NCBI GenBank assembly: GCA_951406725.2
Contig: OX597832.1
Coordinates: forward strand, 8,432,001-8,496,000
Origin: Octopus vulgaris
Taxonomy: Eukaryota
Length of the DNA stretch: 64,000 nucleotides
Reading direction: 5' to 3'
This document shows, piece after piece, positions 53,089 through 64,000 of this stretch (position 1 is the first letter of the stretch; every line of letters starts with the position of its first letter). Under the pieces are notes generated by a model, which had not been told where the DNA came from, made no database searches, and was given only the letters and a program-made list of their open reading frames with translations. Made by a program: the position numbers and the translations under genes.

Positions 53089-53877
53089 CTATATCGCTAA
53101 AAAATAGAAGTATATAAAATAATTCTGTACCACTGAATAATCACAAATATATAACAGTCATGATAGGAAAACAATATCAGTGAACATTAATAATGTCTTA
53201 CGTCTTCTGGGTCAGAACAGGTAAACGCTGGTCAACCTGGTACCGATTTCAAAATTTAGTGCCAAATAGGTGCCCGATTTCTCAACAGCCAAAGTACGCC
53301 AGCTAAAGTACGGGTTCTCCCCCACCATGTCAGCAAAAGTTCTCCACAGACAACAATATTTGTAACTCACAATGAATATTTCACTCCCCGACGACAAAAC
53401 TACGAAGTTCTTTTCAGCAGTACTATTTTGTGACGCACATGGTAGAAAATTGGAGGGAAGTACGAATTCACTCGTCTATATAAATGTGGATATGCTGATT
53501 AGCTCTTATGTGTTCTGATGATACTTGGTCAGAAATATAAGGGGTAAGTTTTCCTAGCATCTTCAGATTCATAAATATATACAAATTTCGTTTGTTCCTA
53601 TAGTCCTTGGTCACTTCAAACGAACTTTTGCCGACATGGTGGGGGAGAATGTTTGTAGTAATTTAACTGGCGGACTTTGGCTGATGAGAAATCAGGCACC
53701 TATTTGGCGTTAAATTTCGAACCAGTACCAGTTTGACCATCACTTACTTGTTCTGACCCAGTAGAGGCAAGGCACTATTATTGTTCACTGATAATTTTTC
53801 CTGTCATGTGTGTAATAGATTTGTGACTATTAAGTGGTACAGAAGTATTCTTTGACTTCTACTTCTTAGCTATATAG
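53089..53877. mobile_element. ~255-bp diverged inverted repeats, each with a decayed hammerhead (inverted-pLTR structure)
   Basis: 53089-53341 is the reverse complement of 53622-53877 (visibly diverged). HHRs lie at 53238-53291 (-) and 53678-53730 (+). Confidence 0.8.
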
Positions 53878-53917
53878 GCAGTCACGTAATCTCCTTGTGT
53901 ATATATATGTATATATC

Positions 53918-53962
<45 letters not shown>

Positions 53963-54786
53963 CATATGAATCCATGTACAAATATATGTGTAGTTGCACA
54001 GATAAGCACTACGCCACACACATATATCAAGAGAGGGAGATCAAGAGAGGTAGAGCGATCAAGAGAAAACATTCTTCATCAAAATAAGTTATATATATGA
54101 TATGGTTCAATGTGTGCTTTCAAAGGTTTTTTGCTCCTATTTTCTCACCCGCCCTTTATATACCTTTATATACCTTTGATTAGTACGTTTAAAATGTATT
54201 ATCACTGTGACAGATTATTAAAAGTTGATTTTGGCGCTCGCTTAATTACCGTATTCAGAAGTAGGCGATGAGGGATCAAATAAACGACTTTCCTACGAGT
54301 AAACTGTCCTTCACTCCATTAAAAATAGATTATTTCCATACATTATGTCATGTGTTGCATCAGTCCACTGTATTATACAACAAAGAATGCTCCATGGTAT
54401 TGTAATCATGTTTCTTTCTTTTTTTTTAGGAATGCTATATAGTAATATTTCTTAATTTACATTTTTCTATTAAGTTTTGTTTCATGATATATTTTGTAAT
54501 ACACCGTATTAGCAAAATGATACGAAAAAAGTGATGTTCATAAGCATAAAGATATATATGTTCTCTCTGTGTGTCTCTCTCTATATATCTATTTATCGTC
54601 TCTCTCTCTCTCTCTCTCTCTTTATCTCTCTCTCGTGTGTGTGTGTGTGAGAAAAAAATATTTTTACATAACGAGAAGTTTCGAGTACTTCATTTATTAT
54701 ATCATCACTTATAGGCATGCATTTACATACAGACATTTCCTATCATTCTCCTTTCATACGCTTACAGAAATACTTCCACACACATA

Positions 54787-54859
<73 letters not shown>

Positions 54860-54903
54860 GTATATATATATATATATATATATAGACAGAGATACACACA
54901 CAC

Positions 54904-54938
<35 letters not shown>

Positions 54939-54975
54939 TGTGTGTGTGTGTGCGTTCGTGCTTACAGGTATTTAT

Positions 54976-55175
54976 GCCTCGCGGCTTTACGGAAATTCAT
55001 TAATTTTAGGAATTTGAATAGAGAAATATACTTTCGGAGGCTTAGTTGTTGAGAAAAAGAAAAAAAAAGCTGTTGTTGGCGTGTGACAGGTTGTGCGACA
55101 TCATAGGTGATTCAAGTAACATAACAATATATATACTGTCTTTCATGTTATAATCACTCAATATTTCCGTTTGAG
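54976..55175 (+). repeat. ~195-bp direct repeat, copy 1
   Basis: gcctcgcggctttacggaaattcattaatttta...ataatcactcaatatttccgtttga aligns with 56332-56523. Confidence 0.85.
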
Positions 55176-56331
55176 ATGTCATCTCTTTCTTGCTATTTCC
55201 CTATATTTTCAGCTATGACTATATGATGCGACTCTCCCTAAAACAGAATACCTAATAATGTCATTCAAAACGCTAGTTTTCTTTAGTTAAAGAAAGAGGA
55301 TTAGGCAGTGATTTCCTTGCGGCGGGGATTGATATTATTATTCATATGCTGCTATGTTGCAACTGCAAATGGATTTTTAATCAAGCCATTGCAAGTCATA
55401 GCACTACCGTTAGCTTTCTCTTATTTTGGTTTGTTACACCCATTAGTAATTGAAAATTTATGTATAGGTTATACCTAAATCTCGTCTTTGTTTTCCACCG
55501 TTACAGTAATTGTCATTTAATTTATATTGTAATTCTGCCTATGTTACTGAATTATTTTCCCCACAACAAGTTTTGTAGATTTTTAAAATCTTGAAAAAAT
55601 TTAAAGAAAATTGATTCCGGAAAAGATTTTGTTAAACAGAGAGAGAAAATACACGCCAGAATCATAGTTGCTGAACTGTGGATTCACGCTCTGAAATAGG
55701 ACATTTTATGGCTCATTGTTTATGAAATATATGCTAATAATAAATGACGGTCACTACCATGTCTTCTGGTCCCTGGAGTGTCTCCTCATCGATGAAAGAT
55801 AACGTATATGTGCACTTACTGTTGAATATAATTGTTTGGATGGCTAAGATCTGAACGCAAACAAATCCTGTATCCTAATAACTACTCAGTTCATAGACCT
55901 TTACGCACCATTCTAACAGAAGTGTAAAAAAGGAGAGAGTAGAATAGGTTTTGTATAATCCACCAAAACACCATCACCAACGCTATTATATTTTATATAT
56001 TAATCGAGTATCGACAGTTAGGAGAGGCAGCTAGTGGATGTAAGCAATATTGCCCCTGCACACAGCATCCCCGAGGTGAGGGTCGTCTTCCAAAGACACA
56101 GGGTTGATTCAGATTTCATACTCGTCTATGGTATCAACAGGATTAATGTTTGCACTTTGGACACTGTCCAGCAGTTTCTTGATAAAACCTTTTTTTTGTC
56201 GAATCGATGAGAGAGAGAGAGAGCGACTTCGGTCTTTATGTCATAATTATAATATATGGGTTTGAACACAATTTAATATCAATTACTTCTGGGTTGATAA
56301 AGAAAAGCAAAGACATCGAAAAATTTCCTTC

Positions 56332-56523
56332 GCCTCACGGCTTTACGGATATTCATTAATTTTACGAATTTGAATAGAGTGATATACTTTCGGAGGTTTA
56401 ATTGTAGAGAAAATATCTACGTTGTTGGCGTGGGCTAGGTTGTGTGACGTCATAGGAGCTTCAAATAAAATAACAATCCATATACCGTCTCTCATTTTAT
56501 AATCACTCAGTATTTCGGTTTGA
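56332..56523 (+). repeat. ~195-bp direct repeat, copy 2
   Basis: gcctcacggctttacggatattcattaatttta...ataatcactcagtatttcggtttga. Confidence 0.85.
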
Positions 56524-56914
56524 CCAGGAGGAGGTAGTGAGGTTATAGAGCCTTGCTTCGGTTTAGAGTAAATAATATAAATTATTTTATTTCAACCGAA
56601 ATCGTGTACCTATTTATTCTGGGGAAGCTTGAATGCATAACGAAAACCAATCATGTGTAACACAAACGGGCGGAAGGTTAAATACTTTAGAAGCCTTGGA
56701 AACGAAGCAAAGCTGGCATGCTAAAGAAAAATATCGTAACTGCCAGAAAGTAACAGGAAAATCAACCAACATCTGTCACTTTTATATAGAACAATTAAAT
56801 CCCTTCAGATTTCTTGTGTGTACTATATAAACATAACAAATATACATACAAATACACTCACGCACACACTCACACACTCAAACACATAGGTTTATATATA
56901 TTTCTTTTACTTTT

Positions 56915-57039
56915 ATTTATTTAACTTGTTTCAGTCACGTAAACACGCCAACAGCGGTTGTCAAGCGACGGTGGTTTTCAAGCGATGGCGAACAAGCACA
57001 GATTCATACATACATACATACATATATACAGGCATACAC

Positions 57040-57135
<96 letters not shown>

Positions 57136-57270
57136 GACAGGCTTCTTTCAGCATTTGTCTACCAAATCCGTTCACAAGTCTTTGGTCGGCCCGAAGACAC
57201 TTGCTCAAGGTGCCACGCAGTGAGACCGAACCCGGAACCATGTGGTTGGAAAGCAAGCTTCTTACCGCAC
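56915..57270 (-). mobile_element. Octopus-type SINE (38058 family), minus strand
   Basis: cgacaggcttctttcagcatttgtctaccaaatccgttcacaag...ggaaccatgtggttggaaagcaagcttcttacc. Confidence 0.75.
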
Positions 57271-57509
57271 ACACACACACACACACACGTTCAGATCCCA
57301 AACAGTAACTTTAATTAATATGACATATAAAAAGTTCAACAGTGGCGACTAATCTGACACTAGAGAACAAAATATAAATTTTACCCATCTTCAGAGTGGC
57401 AAACCTACGGTGGCACTCTTCCCCTCTATAGTTTAGACGTTTTTTCTCAAAAACATTGCGTTTCGAAAATAAAGCTATATCATAGACATCGCAGAATTAA
57501 TGCGAGCCT

Positions 57510-58187
57510 AAGGCGGCGAGCTGGCAGAAACGTTGGCACGCCGGGCGAAATGCTAAGCGGCATTTCTTCTGCCACTACGTTGTCCCCTCTGTGTTTAGCC
57601 CCTTGTGGGTAGTAAAGAAATAGGTATTCCTTTTGCCGTTACGTTCTGAGTTCAAATTCGGCCGAGGTCGCCATTGCCTTTCATCTTTTGGGGGTCGATA
57701 AATTAAGTACCAGTTACGCACTGGGTCGATGTAATCAACTTAATACTTTTGCCTGTCCTTGTTTGTCCCCTCTATGTTCATACCCCTGTGGGCAGTAAAG
57801 AAATAAGAAACGTTAGCACGCCGGGTGAAATGCTTAGCGGTATTTCGTCTGCTGCTACGTTCTGAGTTCAAATTATGCCGAAGTCTGCATTGCCTTTCAT
57901 TCTTTCGGGGTCGATTAAATAAGTACCATTTACGCACTGGGGTCAATATAATCGACTTAATCTGTTTGTCTGTCCTTGTTTATCCCCTCTGTATTTAGCT
58001 CCTTGTGGGTAGTAAAGAAATATGTATTTCTTCTGTCTTTATGATCTGAGTTCAAATTCCGCTGAGTCGACTTTGCCTTTCATTCTTTCGGGGTTGATTA
58101 AATAAGTACTAGCTGCGTACTAGGGTTGATCTAATCGACTGTTCCCTTCGCCCAAAATTTCGGGTCTTGTTCCACGAGTAGAAAAGA
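57510..58187 (+). mobile_element. Tandem/multimeric SINE array (tRNA-derived-like head) with ttaatgcgagcct target-site duplication
   Basis: Head aaggcggcgagctggcagaaacgttggcacgccgggcgaaatgct; three repeats of ttctgagttcaaatt..ttgcctttcat..ggggtcgat..aagtacc. gaattaatgcgagcct flanks both sides (57494-57509 and 58186-58201). Confidence 0.85.
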
Positions 58188-60026
58188 ATTAATGCGAGCC
58201 TGCTTGTAGTTTCCTTTAAAGAAGTGTTCTAGTATTTTTAGTGCAAGTTTCTAATTCAGAAATTAATTATTCTCGCTATGCTCAACTCAGAATAATGTCG
58301 AATAGAAAGTGATGAAACTTTCATACATATTTTCAGTCCGGTGTTTAGTTAATTTCATCTGTCTGAGTGGGGTTAATTAGCAATTATATATGTTGCTGTT
58401 ATGGAAAACTGTCGTAGGTCCAAAACGTTGCTTTTTCAGAAAACGAAAAAGTAATGTCACTATCCCATAGTAAAACCGTTGTATTACATTTTGACAATGT
58501 TTGATATCTTGACATCTGAAGTAGGTGTGGATAGGGTATTTTGACCAAAAGAAACGACTATTGTAAGCAAAAATAAATATCGATAAAAACGCATTTGGCC
58601 AAGTTTGGTCATATGACAGCTTAACATAACAGCAACGATTGCAGAGGTATTGTTGCTGAATCTAAATAAAACTATAATTTGTTAACTGCCATCAAGTTTC
58701 ATATTTTAATAAAAGCAACCTATTGTGGTTAAAATATGACTAAAGTAATACATAGCTACGATCAATAACATATTTAAGAGTGCATGCAAGAAATAATCAA
58801 AGTGTATCTAAGGAAAAATCAAAGCGTATCTTAGGAATAATCGCAGCCTGTGTATGAAGCCCATTCTTTCTTAATTACGTATTGTTCTCTTGGCAAGAAA
58901 ATCAATAAAAAATAAATGCAAACATTTGGAAACCTTATTACTTCAAAAATTAATTCGTGTGAAACACCTTAGCCCATGCAGTATTTTGTAATAATGTAAA
59001 AATTGGAAGATAAAGCAAAGAATTTTATGAGCAATATTACAGGGAAAGTTATATCAAACGAAACTACTATTATATCAAATAAGTATTCTCTTAATTGAAA
59101 ATTGAAAATTTGTTAAGTCTAGACTATTCTTATTTATAACGATTTTTCTTAGCAGCCAATCATTTACATAATCCTTCTAGTGTTTAATCTCCACCCATCT
59201 AGCAACAAAAAGAAAAAAAAAGTAAGAAAAAAAAATTACAATAAAAAAAAAACGCACTTAAATGAAACGAAACCGCAAATTGAATTTGTTTAATCATTAT
59301 TATAACAAATTTTGTTTACATTTTGTAGGGGAAGAAGAGATAGATTTAATTTTATGAAAATTTGTCTAAGCTAATAGGAAAGAAAAAATCGGTAATATAT
59401 AATACGATTAAATCAAATCCCAATGAAATATTTATATGTAAATGGAAAATTCCACATGTTTTATCCCATTTTTTTTATTTATCTTTTCATTCAGCCTACT
59501 TTCAATTATAAACTGACAAGAGTGACTATGCATCTGTAACGAAATTACATTTTCTTTATTTTATTAACTCTATCATGTCTCTTTTTAATCACTAATTGTT
59601 TATTATTGAAATTTATATTTCAAAATACATGTTTAGATACACATAAATACATTAATAAGTGTACCCATATTATAATAATTCTTATACATTATGATACAAA
59701 AGTTATAGATAATGTTAAGCACATTTTTCCATGAAGGCATATTTAATTACAGCGTATATATTTCAAACATCTATAGCATTAAAAATCGCTTATCATTTGC
59801 AATATTACCAGTATTAATATTTAATGAAATATGCGGTGCGAAAAGGAGGTATGTACTCAATAATGAAACAAAATAATTTTCATGATGCATAACAACTGGT
59901 GCTCTAGAAGCGCACGCAAGCAAAGCACTTCAGTATTTAACACACACATCTACACAAAAACAACCACATATGAACACACACACACACACACGCACACACA
60001 CACATATATATATATATAAATAAATA

Positions 60027-60081
<55 letters not shown>

Positions 60082-60323
60082 GCCTGCCTGAGTGAAAACT
60101 GTAAATGTAGGTTTTCACGTGTATTGACTATAGAAAATAGTCTAATAATCGGACACATAAAAAGCTGCGACGAAAATAAGAGATGTGGATTCGATTCCAT
60201 CTCCGGGTTGTCTTCGACCAAATCTACTCGCATGACTTCGGTCAGCCCGGTTCATATAATAAGACTGAAATCAATGTCATGTGCTAGGTCAGCATACTTC
60301 TTCACATTCAGACAAGCTTGCAT

Positions 60324-60516
60324 CTACATACATACATACATACATACATGCATACATGCACACATACATACATACATACATACATACATACATGCATACA
60401 TGCACACATACATACATACATACATACATACATGCATACATGCACACATACATACATACATACATACATACATACATACATACACACATACATACATACA
60501 TACATACATACATACA

Positions 60517-60546
<30 letters not shown>
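60324..60546. repeat. (TACA)n microsatellite with a higher-order tgcatacatgcacaca unit
   Basis: Directly visible. Confidence 0.95.
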
Positions 60547-60550
<4 letters not shown>

Positions 60551-61488
60551 CAAATTGCCCAGCTGATTCGTTTGAATGGAAGAATAAACATATGCAAGTA
60601 TTTTCTTTAGTTCCAAATGTAAAATTGGTCTGTGTTAGCTAAATCCCAAAATGAAGCCTTGTATTTTTTTGGCATAGTTTACATAGTTTTGAATACAACC
60701 AGTCCAGACATTACACTCTTTGTATTTTTTAAAGGCGCATTTTATTTAGATTAGTATTAGCGAATAGATATTGTTTCAGACACCAAAGATTGTCGTTTGA
60801 GTGAAAAGCTGTAGCTATTTCTAGCATACTTTCAACCTTGTTGATGTTCTAACTAAATGTCTGCAAGAGAGCCTCGCGAATTAATTGAAGCAAATGTATG
60901 ATACTGCGTCAAGTTCTTTAGTTCTCGAAATAAGGCTGATGCAATGTTACCCTACCTAACGTATGTTGCTGGGGAATCCGAATATCATTCACAATTAGTC
61001 GAGTTATGCCTGAAAGAACTTAGCAACTACTTAAAGAGAATCCGACTGGTGGCTGAAGGGAACTTTCCCAATATTTACAAACAGTTACACACTCACACAC
61101 GTATGCATAATATATATATATATATATTATACAGACGCGTTGTGTCCCTGAGCAAGACACTTTGCTTCACGTTGCTGCAGTCTACTCAGCTGCCAAAATT
61201 CAGTTGTACCTGTACTCCAGAGTGCCGGCCTTGTCACATTCTCTGTCACAATTTACCTCACTTTGAACTAAGAAACAGGTACTGGTGTCGATGGGTTGTC
61301 CAGCCATTTACTCGTTAATTTCTTGAACAGGCTTTCCGTTAATCGGATTAACTGGAACACTCGTTGTCGGAACCAATGCAAAAGCAAGGTATATGGAAAT
61401 ATATATTTACACATATTGTAAGTTTTATCATTTATACACACACAGTTTTAAAATGCTGAGCACTCATCAGCCATTAATAGAGGTTTTC

Positions 61489-61556
61489 CATTAATACATA
61501 ATTTTCATATCAAGTGGTATAATGTTACCACTTGATATGAAAATTATGTATTAATG
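61489..61556. repeat. Perfect 31-bp inverted repeat with 6-nt loop
   Basis: cattaatacataattttcatatcaagtggta-taatgt-taccacttgatatgaaaattatgtattaatg. Confidence 0.95.
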
Positions 61557-61648
61557 TAATACTATGTAATACTTACAACATTTAATAAAATTATGTTGTG
61601 CGAAACGATCGTACCAAATTACCGGAGTTATTCTTGTTGCTTATTTTG

Positions 61649-61719
<71 letters not shown>

Positions 61720-62410
61720 GTGGGCGGACGAAGGAAACAAGGGCATCCAAGAGGTTTATTGGGTGTTATGTATGGATCAAAAGAATTTCATGCAAGTTCG
61801 TTAGTGCTCTTGTATATACATACATACACACATATATGCATGTATGTATATATACCCACATGCCTATATGGGTACAGGACCTCATTAACGGTAAACAGCA
61901 TGAAATACGGAGGCAAATGAGTTCAATACGCAAACAACGAGATAAACAAAAGGAAAATGGGACAAGTAATATAAAGTACAACCCTTCATCAGTTGTCTAC
62001 CTACTCCTAATTTAAAGCATTGAACGAGAATATGAGTCTTCGAAGGAAGTTGCTACCATAAATACTAAAATAAAATTTGGGATTTATAGAGAGTCAAAGT
62101 TGGGAACAAAAACACGACAGTGGAGATATACACATATAGAAAAAAAGTCAAGGTAGAAAATGCTAAAATCATTTTATAAAAAACATTTCAGTACCTGTTT
62201 CAGTCACTGAGAAGTCTTCAACTGTAACGATGGAAAGGATTTAAATTTTGAATAAATTAAATGAGAAGTATTTTTAAAAGAATATGTCCATTGTATTCAA
62301 CTACAAGTGGCATTTCCCTTGTTTCTGCCTGTCTCTCTCTCTCTCGCGCGCTCTCTCTCTCTTTTCTTTACTCTTTTGTATTTGAGGTTGTTGTGAATTC
62401 TTGGCAGAGT

Positions 62411-62469
62411 AGAAGAAGAAGAAGAAGAAGAAGAAGAAGAAGAAGAAGAAGAAGAAGAAGAAGAAGAAG

Positions 62470-62501
<32 letters not shown>

Positions 62502-62517
62502 GAATAATAATAATAAC

Positions 62518-62591
<74 letters not shown>

Positions 62592-62607
62592 TGATAATAA
62601 TAATAAT
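62411..62607. repeat. (GAA)n followed by (TAA)n
   Basis: Directly visible. Confidence 0.95.
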
Positions 62608-62724
62608 GCGGAGTGCTATGATAGTAGATGGATGCTAAATGGCCAATTGCCCTGAGTGTGATATGTGGATGCTAGTAGTGACTGAATTCTTGAGATATCT
62701 GTGTTGAATGTATTGTTTATAAGA

Positions 62725-62779
<55 letters not shown>

Positions 62780-63238
62780 ACACATATATATACGCTCTCA
62801 CGCACACGTCCAAGTATATGGACCTATACATACAAATAAGTACACTCCCGCACACATGCGTATTAACGTTAACAGCATTATACTTACTCGATAGTTACTG
62901 AATAGCTTCTTGACATTGAGTTTAACTTATATATTCGATCTCTTGACTGTATTCTAGACAGTACTTGTAACTGGCATTATCTAGTGTAAATGATAACCTT
63001 GTGCTACTCTTTATCTAGCTTACGAAGCTGCTGATTATATCACACCGCTGTTATATCTATTGGAAACAATTCCCCAACACACATGTTCAAGTGTTTAATT
63101 TGTTCTGTTGTGCAGAATAGAACGACTATAATAAGTCTATTTTCTTTTCCCATCAGAAATATGTAAGTATGTGTACACAAATACACATATTACCCCTTGC
63201 ATCATGCGGCGTGTTGCGTACTTGATCAATGAACTATG

Positions 63239-63330
<92 letters not shown>

Positions 63331-63419
63331 GTATGTATGGATGGATTTTATATCTGTCTATCTATCTGGTTAGCTAGCTAGCTCCCTCTCGCTCGCTGTC
63401 TTTCTCTCTCTCTCACTCT

Positions 63420-63459
<40 letters not shown>

Positions 63460-63649
63460 AATACTGGTTAGATGTTTATGTTGTGGCGCCACAAAATGCG
63501 ACTCTACTCAGAAGACATCAATATCATTTGACAGGAACACAGTATAAAGAATTACATGGAACAAGGCGATAACTTTAAGAGTCTTTAATGCCAACCACAT
63601 GTATATATAAACAAGCTGAATGAGAAATGGAAGTGGTTGATGAATATTT

Positions 63650-64000
63650 ATTCATATTCTAAATATCTGCTTGGGTTGTATGTTTGCTGTTAACCCTAGT
63701 GAGGAAGCTGACGAAAAGCGACATGTTAGAACCTGTGCAGTGTTGTCGGTGCCGTGTAGAGATGTTGTTGCCGATGTTAGTGAGAGACATGATGGTGGCG
63801 ACGAAAATGGAGGTCGCTGTAATGTGGTCAGTAGTTTGCTCTTAGGAGATCCTGAACTAAAAGACCCCGAGATTTTATCGCTAACGGTAGGCTCAAATGG
63901 AGTTTAGAGCAGGCTACAATTGGTTAGGTTGCATATTGGCGCACGATAGGGAGAGAGACAAATTGCGCCAATACCAACAGGGTCCAAAAAATCGACCAAA
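63650..64000 (-). other. Possible last coding exon / 3' UTR of a host gene entering from the right edge
   Basis: Unique, higher-GC sequence. One minus frame reads ...LVDFLDPVGIGAIVSLPIVRQYAT* from the window edge, and there is an AATAAA on the minus strand at ~63647-63652. No family recognised. Confidence 0.25.

Overview
AT-rich eukaryotic, non-genic (intronic or intergenic) DNA saturated with (TA)n, (CA)n, (TACA)n, (TATC)n, (TAA)n and (GAA)n microsatellites. The repeat content looks like an Octopus/cephalopod genome, which is inference from recalled repeat families. Almost all ORFs in the supplied track are microsatellite artefacts. The one long intact reading frame (8298-9974, +) is a 5'-truncated Penelope-like retroelement (PLE): RT (YRDD), a CNCR-x4-CPLxGxC linker and a C-terminal GIY-YIG endonuclease, i.e. 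Naiad-type. Its ~1.7 kb tail ends in a type I hammerhead ribozyme (HHR) and then (TA)n. Also present are two decayed relatives of this PLE, a decayed Ty3/gypsy gag-pol, two decayed R4/Dong-like RLE retrotransposons, several mariner remnants, MITEs, a non-autonomous Helitron-like element and many SINEs. The most striking signal is roughly a dozen hammerhead or hammerhead-like motifs from several unrelated short non-coding elements. Nearly all have a palindromic stem III, most abut (TA)n, and several lie in tandem or inverted arrangements. One is a very young 362-bp head-to-tail plus inverted unit (40665-41560) resembling a non-LTR retrozyme or circular-RNA-templated insertion. No host gene can be identified confidently; there may be a terminal exon at the right edge.
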